Origin: Candidatus Micrarchaeia archaeon
GTDB lineage: Archaea > Micrarchaeota > Micrarchaeia > Anstonellales > J096
Length of the DNA: 29,817 nucleotides
Assembly (NCBI GenBank): GCA_041500865.1
Contig: JBGQMY010000017.1
Coordinates: 1-29,817, forward strand
Direction of reading: 5' to 3'
The notes under the pieces were generated by a model that searched no databases, had not been told where the DNA came from, and saw nothing but the letters and a program-made list of their open reading frames with translations. How positions within the stretch are numbered: the first letter of the stretch is position 1; every line of letters begins with the position of its first letter. Below are positions 17,467 to 24,895 of the stretch, piece by piece. The translations under genes and the position numbers were made by a program.

Positions 17467-19026
17467 ATGAACGGCATCGGCAAGGAAGCCAAAAAGGAGC
17501 TTGACGTATACAAGCACAGGAAATACATCACCCAGGCCAGGCTGGTGGACATCAGCACCGGCAAGAAAATTGTCGTCTTAAACGACAAGGAGGCCGTTGC
17601 CAACGACATATTCGAGGGCCAGAGGGTCCAGATAACGGTCAAGGGTGCGCCGCACATCGTTCTCGTCAATCTTTCAAAGAGCCTTGTCAAGGAAGGCGAA
17701 ATCGGCATATACGCCGACGTTTCGCAGAACTTCGCGATATCCGAGGGTGACATAATAGAGATAAACCACGTGCCGATGCCAAAAAGCCTTGAAACCATAA
17801 TAAAGAAGATAGGAGGCCAGCCTACGACAAAGGAGGAGACAGACTCCATAATAAGCGACCTCATGGCGAACCGTCTTTCAGAACCGGAACTTTCCGCATG
17901 GCTCACGGCATGCTCCATACGCGGGCTTAGCGACGACGAGGTTGTCTCGCTCACCGAGTCCATGGTGGCTTCAGGCGACACGCTGAAGCTCGGCAAATCC
18001 CCCATAGTGGACAAGCACTGCATAGGCGGCGTTGCCGGAAACAGGACAACGATGGTGCTGGTCCCGATAATCGCGTCAGCCGGCATCTACATACCCAAGA
18101 CGTCGTCAAGGGCCATAACGTCCCCTGCCGGAACGGCAGACACAATGGAGGTTTTTGCCCCGGTCAACATAAGCATGGACGAGATGAGGGAAATAATGAA
18201 GAAGACGTTCGGCGTCATCGTGTGGGGCGGGGGCATAAACATAGCGCCTGCCGACGACAAGATGATACAGCTGAGAAGGTCCCTAAGGATGGACCCGAAG
18301 GGCGTGCTGCTTGCAAGCATCCTTGGGAAGAAGAAGGCAGTCGGCTCCGAACACGTGCTGATAGACATACCGCTCGGCATAAACGTCAAGGTCGGTGACA
18401 TGGGGACAGCGCAGGACCTGGCAAAGGACTTCAAGACGATAGGCGCACGGCTTGGAATGAACGTGGGCGTGGTAGTCACGAACGGCTCGGAGCCGATAGG
18501 CGACGGCATGGGGCCGGTCCTCGAGGCGAAGGACGTGCTCATGGTCCTGGAAGGCAAGGGTCCCGTTGATTTGAGGGACAAGAGCCTGATGATGGCAGGC
18601 AAGATATTCGAGCTGTGCGGGAAGGTCAGCAAGGGCGAAGGCTACGACGTGGCAAAGCACTTCCTTGAGTCAGGGAAGGCGCTTTCCAAGATGAAGGAAA
18701 TCATAGAGTCGCAGGGAGGGGACCCGAACGTGAAGTCGGATTCGCTGCCTGCCGCTAAATACACGTATGTGGTTAAGGCCACCGTGGGCGGAAGGATAGA
18801 GCACATAGACAACAGGAGCGTGTCCCGCATCGCGAGGGCGACAGGGGCTCCGCAGGACAAGGCCGCAGGCCTTTACCTGCACAAGGCAAAAGGCGACACT
18901 GTCAATGAAGGCGACGTCCTGTTCGAGCTGTTTGCGGAAAGCGAGGCCAACCTGGACTTCGCGCTGAAAATGGCTGAGGAATTCAACCCCGTCATGATGG
19001 GCAAGGTGCTGATTGACGAGTTTTAG
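17467..19026 (+). CDS. deoA: AMP phosphorylase (thymidine phosphorylase family; pentose bisphosphate pathway)
   Basis: DKHCIGGVAGNRTT, PKTSSRAITSPAGTADTME, WGG..IAPADD and GAPQDKAAG, plus the archaeal N-terminal extra domain. Confidence 0.95.
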   Translation: MNGIGKEAKKELDVYKHRKYITQARLVDISTGKKIVVLNDKEAVANDIFEGQRVQITVKGAPHIVLVNLSKSLVKEGEIGIYADVSQNFAISEGDIIEINHVPMPKSLETIIKKIGGQPTTKEETDSIISDLMANRLSEPELSAWLTACSIRGLSDDEVVSLTESMVASGDTLKLGKSPIVDKHCIGGVAGNRTTMVLVPIIASAGIYIPKTSSRAITSPAGTADTMEVFAPVNISMDEMREIMKKTFGVIVWGGGINIAPADDKMIQLRRSLRMDPKGVLLASILGKKKAVGSEHVLIDIPLGINVKVGDMGTAQDLAKDFKTIGARLGMNVGVVVTNGSEPIGDGMGPVLEAKDVLMVLEGKGPVDLRDKSLMMAGKIFELCGKVSKGEGYDVAKHFLESGKALSKMKEIIESQGGDPNVKSDSLPAAKYTYVVKATVGGRIEHIDNRSVSRIARATGAPQDKAAGLYLHKAKGDTVNEGDVLFELFAESEANLDFALKMAEEFNPVMMGKVLIDEF

Positions 19027-19027
19027 G
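18999..19027 (+). repeat. Left 29-bp direct repeat (3' end of the AMP phosphorylase gene)
   Basis: GGGCAAGGTGCTGATTGACGAGTTTTAGG; 28/29 identical to 23695-23723. Confidence 0.93.
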
Positions 19028-19100
19028 GTTTTCATTTATTTTTTAAAAAAACCACGATGCCACAATCACATATAAAAATAGCTGGCTGCCATTCAAATGC

Positions 19101-20096
19101 ATGGGCGTAATTTCCCTTTTTGGCGCGTCTGCATGGAAGAAATGCAGGATAGTCCTTCCTGAGGCGGAAGACGGGCGCATCCTGGAGGCGGCTGCAGCGG
19201 CAATGAAAAAAGGGTTCGCGGCGCCGGTCCTGCTTGGAAACAGGAAAAAAATAGAGGCAAAGGCCAGGGAGCTTGGCATCCAGATTGCTGGCATTGAGAT
19301 AATGGACACCTCCAAGGGCGTTCCGCGGGAATACGTAAACGCATATGCAAGGATAAGGCACGTGCCGCCGAAGCTTGCGGAGCGCATCCTCTCGCAGCCT
19401 ATCTTCCTGGCGGCGCTGCTTGTCAAAGAGGGGAAATGCGATGCCATGATGGGGGGCGCAGTCTACACTTCTGCTGACGTGATAACGGCTTCCGAGGGCA
19501 TCATAGGGCTGAGAAAGGGCGTTTCAGTGCCGTCCAGCTTCTTCATAATGGAAATTCCAGGATACAAAAGCGCGGAAAACGGCATTGTCCTTTTTGCGGA
19601 TTCGTCAGTCAACATAAACCCTACCGCCGAACAGCTTGCGGACATAGCGATAACAACGGCCGGCACGGCAAAGGAGCTCATGGGCTGGGTCCCAAGGGTG
19701 GCGATGCTTTCGTTCTCGACAAAAGGGAGCGCCATCCACCCGCTTGCCGACAAGGTCATCAATGCAACCAAAATCGCAAACAGGAAGGCAAAGGCGTTTC
19801 ATATAGACGGCGAAATGCAGGGCGACTCTGCGCTTGTGATGGACACCGCAATGAAAAAGATGAAGGGCAATGTCGGCGATGTCGCGGGCAGGGCAAATGT
19901 CCTGATATTCCCGGACTTGGACGCAGGCAACATCTCATACAAGCTGGTGCAGGCGTTCGCAAAGGCGAACGCATACGGCCCTATATTACAGGGCTTCCAA
20001 ATGCCGGTCAGCAACCTATCTAGAGGCGCCAAGGTAGACGATATAATTGGCGCAGTCGCCATCTTGAGCACATGGGCAAAGGGGATGAGGAAATGA
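19101..20096 (+). CDS. pta: Phosphate acetyltransferase (short Pta)
   Basis: RIVLPEAEDGRIL, FADSSVNINPTAEQLADIA, VAMLSFSTKGS, IDGEMQGDSAL, FPDLDAGNISYK, GPILQG and LSRG. Confidence 0.95.
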   Translation: MGVISLFGASAWKKCRIVLPEAEDGRILEAAAAAMKKGFAAPVLLGNRKKIEAKARELGIQIAGIEIMDTSKGVPREYVNAYARIRHVPPKLAERILSQPIFLAALLVKEGKCDAMMGGAVYTSADVITASEGIIGLRKGVSVPSSFFIMEIPGYKSAENGIVLFADSSVNINPTAEQLADIAITTAGTAKELMGWVPRVAMLSFSTKGSAIHPLADKVINATKIANRKAKAFHIDGEMQGDSALVMDTAMKKMKGNVGDVAGRANVLIFPDLDAGNISYKLVQAFAKANAYGPILQGFQMPVSNLSRGAKVDDIIGAVAILSTWAKGMRK

Positions 20097-21283
20097 ACAA
20101 GATACTGGTTCTCAACTGCGGCAGCTCGTCCATAAAATACAGGCTTTTCGACTCCGCATTCAGGGAAATACTCAGCGGCAAAGTGGAGAGGATAGGCGAA
20201 AAGGAATCCGAGATTGTGCACAGCAAGGGCAATGCAGTTTACAGGGCAAAGGTGAAGGCCAGCAACCACAAAGAGGCGATAGCCTTGATGATAAGGATGC
20301 TCCATGACAAAAAATGGGGCGGCATACGCAAAGCCACAGAAATATCTGCCATAGGGCACCGCGCGGTCCACGGCGGGCAGATGGCTAAAACATCGCTCGT
20401 GTCAGGCGCGGCAATCGGATACCTAAAATCCTTTGAGATGCTCGCGCCGCTGCACAATCCACATAACATAGAAGGCATGAAAGAGATGAAGAAGGCCATG
20501 CCGAATGTTCCACAGGTCATGGTGTTCGACACTGCATTCCATCAGACAATGCCAAGAAAGGCATACATGTACGGGCTGCCTTACAGCTTCTTTGACAAGT
20601 ACGCTGTAAGGAGATACGGCTTCCACGGCACATCCCACAAGTACGTTTCGCTGAGGGCCGCTGAAATGCTGGGAAAGAAAAAGCCCAACCTCATAACATG
20701 CCATCTTGGCGCGGGCTCAAGCATAACCGCAATAAGTAAAGGAAAGTCCGTTGACACGAGCATGGGCATGACGCCGCTGGAAGGCGTAATGATGGGAACA
20801 AGGACAGGGGACCTGGACCCGTCCATAGTTCAATATTTGGTTAAGAAATACGGCTTTGGCTATGACGCCCTTTTTGAAATAATGAACAGCAAGAGCGGCC
20901 TGCTCGGCATATCCGGCGCCAGCAAGGACGTCAGGATAATAGAGGGAAAGGCAAGGAAGGGCAATGAGAGGTGCAGGCTTGCGCTTGAGATGTTCGCGTA
21001 TAGGGTCTCAAAATACATCGGCGCATATGCCGCTGCCCTGGGCAAGGTTGACGCAGTGGTGTTCACGGCCGGCATCGGCGGGAATTCACCGGACATGAGG
21101 AAGAGGATATGCGCCAGCCTCGGCATAATCGGGGCAAGGCTTGACCCAGGGAAGAACGCCAAGGCCATAGGCAAAGAGATGGACATAAGCGCAAGGGGCT
21201 CAAAGGCCAGGATACTCGTGATACCGACAGATGAGGAGCTGATGATGGCAAAGGAGGCCGCAGCGGCAATTAGGGGATTATGA
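20093..21283 (+). CDS. ackA: Acetate kinase
   Basis: ILVLNCGSSSIKY, GHRAVHGG, APLHNP, FDTAFHQT, RRYGFHGTSH, HLGAGSS, DTSMGMTPLEG, FTAGIG and IPTDEE; ATGA overlap with pta. Confidence 0.97.
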   Translation: MNKILVLNCGSSSIKYRLFDSAFREILSGKVERIGEKESEIVHSKGNAVYRAKVKASNHKEAIALMIRMLHDKKWGGIRKATEISAIGHRAVHGGQMAKTSLVSGAAIGYLKSFEMLAPLHNPHNIEGMKEMKKAMPNVPQVMVFDTAFHQTMPRKAYMYGLPYSFFDKYAVRRYGFHGTSHKYVSLRAAEMLGKKKPNLITCHLGAGSSITAISKGKSVDTSMGMTPLEGVMMGTRTGDLDPSIVQYLVKKYGFGYDALFEIMNSKSGLLGISGASKDVRIIEGKARKGNERCRLALEMFAYRVSKYIGAYAAALGKVDAVVFTAGIGGNSPDMRKRICASLGIIGARLDPGKNAKAIGKEMDISARGSKARILVIPTDEELMMAKEAAAAIRGL

Positions 21284-21657
21284 TGGGAATAGAGGGCATC
21301 GGCGTGGACATCGTGGACGTAAAGAAGCTCAAAAAAATCCTAAAGGGCAAAGCCGGAAGTAAGTTCATTTCAAACACCTTCACCAAGCGCGAGATTGAGT
21401 GCGCGAAAGGCGGGCTGAACATATACAAGCTTGCAACATCGTTCGCGGCAAAGGAGGCAGTTTTCAAGGCGCTCGGCACCGGGTGGATTGAGGGAAAGGA
21501 CGTTGAGGTTGTGAGAAGCAGGGAAGAAGGCACGCCCTCGGTAGCGCTTCACGGAAGGATAAGGAAAATAGCTAAGAAAATGAAGATAAAAAAGGTTCTG
21601 GTGAGCCTGTCATACACTGACGAATGCGCCGTTGCCGCAGCTATAATCCTTTCCTAG
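21280..21657 (+). CDS. acpS: Holo-ACP synthase (AcpS-type 4'-phosphopantetheinyl transferase)
   Basis: GIGVDIV, FTKRE, FAAKEAVFKALGTG and VSLSY motifs. Confidence 0.93.
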   Translation: MMGIEGIGVDIVDVKKLKKILKGKAGSKFISNTFTKREIECAKGGLNIYKLATSFAAKEAVFKALGTGWIEGKDVEVVRSREEGTPSVALHGRIRKIAKKMKIKKVLVSLSYTDECAVAAAIILS

Positions 21658-21905
21658 GCCTTCTTCTTCATTTTGCCGTACATGTAGTCAACGGCCTGCC
21701 CCACTGTCTTGTTCTGCCTGACGTCCCTTTGCGGCACCCTTGTCCCGAACTCTATCTCGAGGGCCGCAAGCAGCTCCACGATGTTCATTGACTTTGCGTG
21801 CAGGTCATCCACGAAGCTGGTGGAATCCTTGAGCTTGGCCGCGCTGACGCCGAACACGTCAGCAACGACCTTCTTGACCTTCTTTTCTACTTCCTTTCTG
21901 TCCAT
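21654..21905 (-). CDS. Acyl carrier protein, atypical (KSM in place of DSL)
   Basis: 83 aa; SFVDDLHAKSMNIVELLAALEIEFG...TVGQAVDY aligns with ACP ([24 protein letters not shown]...TVQAAIDY); adjacent to acpS. Confidence 0.9.
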   Translation of the reverse strand: MDRKEVEKKVKKVVADVFGVSAAKLKDSTSFVDDLHAKSMNIVELLAALEIEFGTRVPQRDVRQNKTVGQAVDYMYGKMKKKA

Positions 21906-21906
21906 C

Positions 21907-22305
21907 CTATTCCGCCACCTTGAACACGACGATGTTCATGCCGGCTACCTTCTTGACCTTTGCCTTGACCTTCATCGGCATCTTCGCGTTCTGCGCCTCT
22001 ATCGCCTCGACGTTGGAGACGTCAAGCCCCTCTATGTTGGTGAAGAAGCACGGCCCTTCCTTGAGCTCTACGACCCCATAGGAATAGGGGTGGTATTTCG
22101 CGAACTTCATGGGCGGAAGGTTCCCGCTTGAGAATAAATGCAGCTTTCCGTCGCCGCTTATTTCTTCCCACGCCATGTCATGCGCGCTGCAGTTCTTGCA
22201 ACCGGCCTTTGGCGGGAACGTGAACTGGCCACACTTTTTGCACCTTACCCCATAGATTTTGCCCTTTGCAAGGGATGTGTAGAACTTGTTTATCATTCCT
22301 TCCAT
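21907..22305 (-). CDS. DUF35-family Zn-ribbon/OB-fold protein
   Basis: CKKCGQFTFPPKAGCKNC, GKLHLFS and PYSYGVVELKEG; GAGGTGA before ATG 22305. Confidence 0.93.
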   Translation of the reverse strand: MEGMINKFYTSLAKGKIYGVRCKKCGQFTFPPKAGCKNCSAHDMAWEEISGDGKLHLFSSGNLPPMKFAKYHPYSYGVVELKEGPCFFTNIEGLDVSNVEAIEAQNAKMPMKVKAKVKKVAGMNIVVFKVAE

Positions 22306-22310
22306 GTGTT

Positions 22311-23591
22311 TCACCTCTTAAGTACCGTAACTGCGGCATGCATGCCGTACCCGTGGTTGTGCACTACAGACACTTCAGGGATGTCCTTTATCTGCCTTCC
22401 TTTCGCCTCTCCCCTCATCTGCTTGACCGCCTCGTAAAAGTCGGATCCTGCAGAGGCGGAAAATGCGTGCCCCTTTCCATGCTTTCCACCGGATGTGTTC
22501 ATCGGCTTGTCGCCGTCGTATCTGGTCCTGCCTTCCATGACCGCCTTCCATGCCTCACCCTTGCTGAAATACCCGCATATTTCTGACTCTATCAGGTGGT
22601 ATATCTGCATGCAGTCATGCACACTCAGGTAGTCTATGTCTTTTGCAGTTATGCCCGCCATCTTCATTGCGGTTTCAAAGGCAGTCTTGTCTATTGCCCA
22701 ATCAGTCGGGTCCTTTCCGTACCATGGATAGTTGCTTGCGCTCCAGTGGAAGCCCCCAATGCCTATCGGCTCCTTTTTGCAGAACTCCTTTGCCTGGCTT
22801 TCAGAGCTGATTATGTATGCAGATGCCCCGTCAACGGTGTTGAGCACGCTCCTGGCCCTCGTCGGCCATGCCAAAAACGGGTTCTTTCTGCTTGTCCAGA
22901 ATTCCCCGTCATCCTTGAATCCTGCCTTTTTCGCATCCTGTTCGAACGTGGTCTGCACGTACGCCTTGTCGTTCTTTGACGCATGCAGTTTGATGGTCCT
23001 GTGGACTTCGCGCATCGCCTCGTCCATCTTTTCCATCTTTATGCCGTGCTTCTTCGCGTATCCCAGCGTGGGAAGCCCGCCGTATGCGGTTGCGACGTCA
23101 TACATGTGGTGGTATCCGTATGCCTGGTCCACGCCGAAATCCGTCCAGTACCATAACGTTGTCGAGTCAATCGGCTTCCTTATTGTGGGGTCATCAGTCG
23201 CTGCTGAGGACAGTATGTCACATCCTATAACCAGCACATTCCTGAATTTTCCTGATGCGACGCCCATTGCCGCAAGCCCTGCGCCGGTGTTGGTGGTCGA
23301 GCAGGCTGTCGCGAAATGGATTGCCGGCTTCAGGTGCAATCCGAGCCAGTCTGCCATCTGGGTATTGTGGGAATAAAGATGGCTGGAATGGCTGAGCATG
23401 CTGCCAAAATAGAATGCGTCAATGTCTTTCGGGTCTATCCCTGAATCGTCCATCGCCTCGAAGGCGGCCGCGCACGCGAGCTCCTGGAAGCTCAACCCCT
23501 TTATCTCAGGAGTTGCCAAAACGCTTCCGAATTTAGTGCATCCAACGCCGGTTATCACCGGTTTTTCCTTAAGGCTCCCTGCATATGCCAT
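22311..23591 (-). CDS. SCP2-type thiolase-family acyltransferase
   Basis: ITGVGCTKFG, nucleophile TAC97ST, DGASA, VHDC, NTSGG...GH and VHNHG; GAGGTG Shine-Dalgarno. Confidence 0.92.
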   Translation of the reverse strand: MAYAGSLKEKPVITGVGCTKFGSVLATPEIKGLSFQELACAAAFEAMDDSGIDPKDIDAFYFGSMLSHSSHLYSHNTQMADWLGLHLKPAIHFATACSTTNTGAGLAAMGVASGKFRNVLVIGCDILSSAATDDPTIRKPIDSTTLWYWTDFGVDQAYGYHHMYDVATAYGGLPTLGYAKKHGIKMEKMDEAMREVHRTIKLHASKNDKAYVQTTFEQDAKKAGFKDDGEFWTSRKNPFLAWPTRARSVLNTVDGASAYIISSESQAKEFCKKEPIGIGGFHWSASNYPWYGKDPTDWAIDKTAFETAMKMAGITAKDIDYLSVHDCMQIYHLIESEICGYFSKGEAWKAVMEGRTRYDGDKPMNTSGGKHGKGHAFSASAGSDFYEAVKQMRGEAKGRQIKDIPEVSVVHNHGYGMHAAVTVLKR

Positions 23592-23694
23592 ATATACACC
23601 TCATAATTTCTTATGGGATATGGCTTGCCCTGTTTTTATGTTTTTGCAATTTCCCACAAAAAGGTTCATGTTTGGCAACAGGACTGACGGAAAC

Positions 23695-23723
23695 GGGCAA
23701 GGCGCTGATTGACGAGTTTTAGG
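23695..23723 (+). repeat. Right 29-bp direct repeat (copy of the deoA 3' end)
   Basis: GGGCAAGGCGCTGATTGACGAGTTTTAGG reads GKALIDEF*, versus GKVLIDEF* in deoA. Confidence 0.93.
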
Positions 23724-24149
23724 CTATTTCTGCGCCAGCCTGCGGGCTTGCCAGAACTGCCCGAGGGCCGCTTCATCAAGCAAAAGGACAATGGAAAATG
23801 CTGCGGTCTTCTGTCTGGGGTCATAAAAGTCCTTTTCCTTGATGATGCTGAACGCCTCGATGCCCCTGCTGTTAGGGTCGTACTCAAGCATGGCAGTGCC
23901 AAGCCTCGTTTTTATGTCGTTGAGGATGGCGTTTGCCTCAATCTGGGACGGGATGTTGGATAATCGGAACATGAAGGGCTTGTGGGACTTGAAGTCTGCA
24001 ATCCCAATCGCATTGCCGTCGCTGCGGCTGGGAATTATGGCGCCGTAGTCATTTTCCAGGCCTGCAAACAGCGCCTCAACCTTCCTTTGCGCCTGCTCGT
24101 GCATCTCCTTTTCGTTCCTTTTTGCCAGCTTTTCGGTTGTGACGGCCAT
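23724..24149 (-). CDS. Hypothetical protein
   Basis: 141-aa ORF with a plausible composition, preceded by a variant of the CACAAT promoter motif; no family recognised. Confidence 0.6.
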   Translation of the reverse strand: MAVTTEKLAKRNEKEMHEQAQRKVEALFAGLENDYGAIIPSRSDGNAIGIADFKSHKPFMFRLSNIPSQIEANAILNDIKTRLGTAMLEYDPNSRGIEAFSIIKEKDFYDPRQKTAAFSIVLLLDEAALGQFWQARRLAQK

Positions 24150-24231
24150 TTTACCACAATGCCATTGTGCATGGAAAGGCAGAAAAAGCTTGCGGAACCA
24201 CGCAGCGCGTGCGTTGGCACCTGGTTCTAAG

Positions 24232-24891
24232 TCAGCCGCCCTTCTCCATTATCGCGACAACGGCATCCGCGTCCTTGTATCCCGCATACGCCTTGTCGTT
24301 TACCACAAGCGTCGGATAGGCGGTGTAATTGTAGGTCTGCTTGAGTATCCCGATTATTGAGGACTCCTGGGAAGAGCCGTCAAAGGAGTATATCCTCAGC
24401 TTGACGCTCTTGTTCGCGAAGTAGTTCCTGACCCTCCAGAGCGCCGTTCCCTCGTCAACGCAGCTGCTGCATTGGCCTTCCGTGTTGGAATAGATATATA
24501 TAATGGTCTTCATGCTGTCGTTGCAAAGCTCAACCGAGTTACGGGCGAGCAGCAGGTCCCTGTACTCAAGCTGGTAGTACTTGAACTTGAGGCTGGGGTC
24601 GAACTGCTTCTTGCTGGACTCCATGTATTCCAGCTGCTGGCCTATGTTCCACGTCTCGTTCTCGAATGCTGGGGAAAGCTCCGCATACATGCTGCAGAAC
24701 AGCCCGGGCTTTGACTCCGAGCTTAGAAGAAGCTGCATGTTGAGCATGTTGTCGTTCGTTGACTCAATCTGCGCCATCACGGGGTTTCCTGCGGTGCTGG
24801 TAAGGTAATACCCTATGGCTACGCCTGAAAGGAACAGCAGCACCGTAAGCACGAACGTTATCGCGTATATCTCCCAAGTCCACATCCTCAT
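24232..24891 (-). CDS. Membrane-anchored protein with a C-terminal thioredoxin-like domain
   Basis: N-terminal TM helix, helical region, IIYIYS...CSSC and YPTLVVN (cis-Pro loop); 4 nt downstream of the GT2 gene. Confidence 0.7.
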   Translation of the reverse strand: MRMWTWEIYAITFVLTVLLFLSGVAIGYYLTSTAGNPVMAQIESTNDNMLNMQLLLSSESKPGLFCSMYAELSPAFENETWNIGQQLEYMESSKKQFDPSLKFKYYQLEYRDLLLARNSVELCNDSMKTIIYIYSNTEGQCSSCVDEGTALWRVRNYFANKSVKLRIYSFDGSSQESSIIGILKQTYNYTAYPTLVVNDKAYAGYKDADAVVAIMEKGG

Positions 24892-24895
24892 TTTT

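Larger units (their letters stand above)
19028..23723. mobile_element. Direct-repeat-bounded 4696-bp metabolic islet with no integrase or transposase
   Basis: Flanked by a duplication of the deoA 3' end. Removing it would leave deoA and the convergent gene ending at 23724 with their stop codons 1 nt apart. Confidence 0.75.

Noticed and set aside
21654..23591. Thiolase/DUF35 as the standard mevalonate thiolase complex, or the islet as a complete type II FAS/PKS
   Set aside because: No HMG-CoA synthase is adjacent, and no ketosynthase, malonyl transferase, reductase or dehydratase is in the islet.
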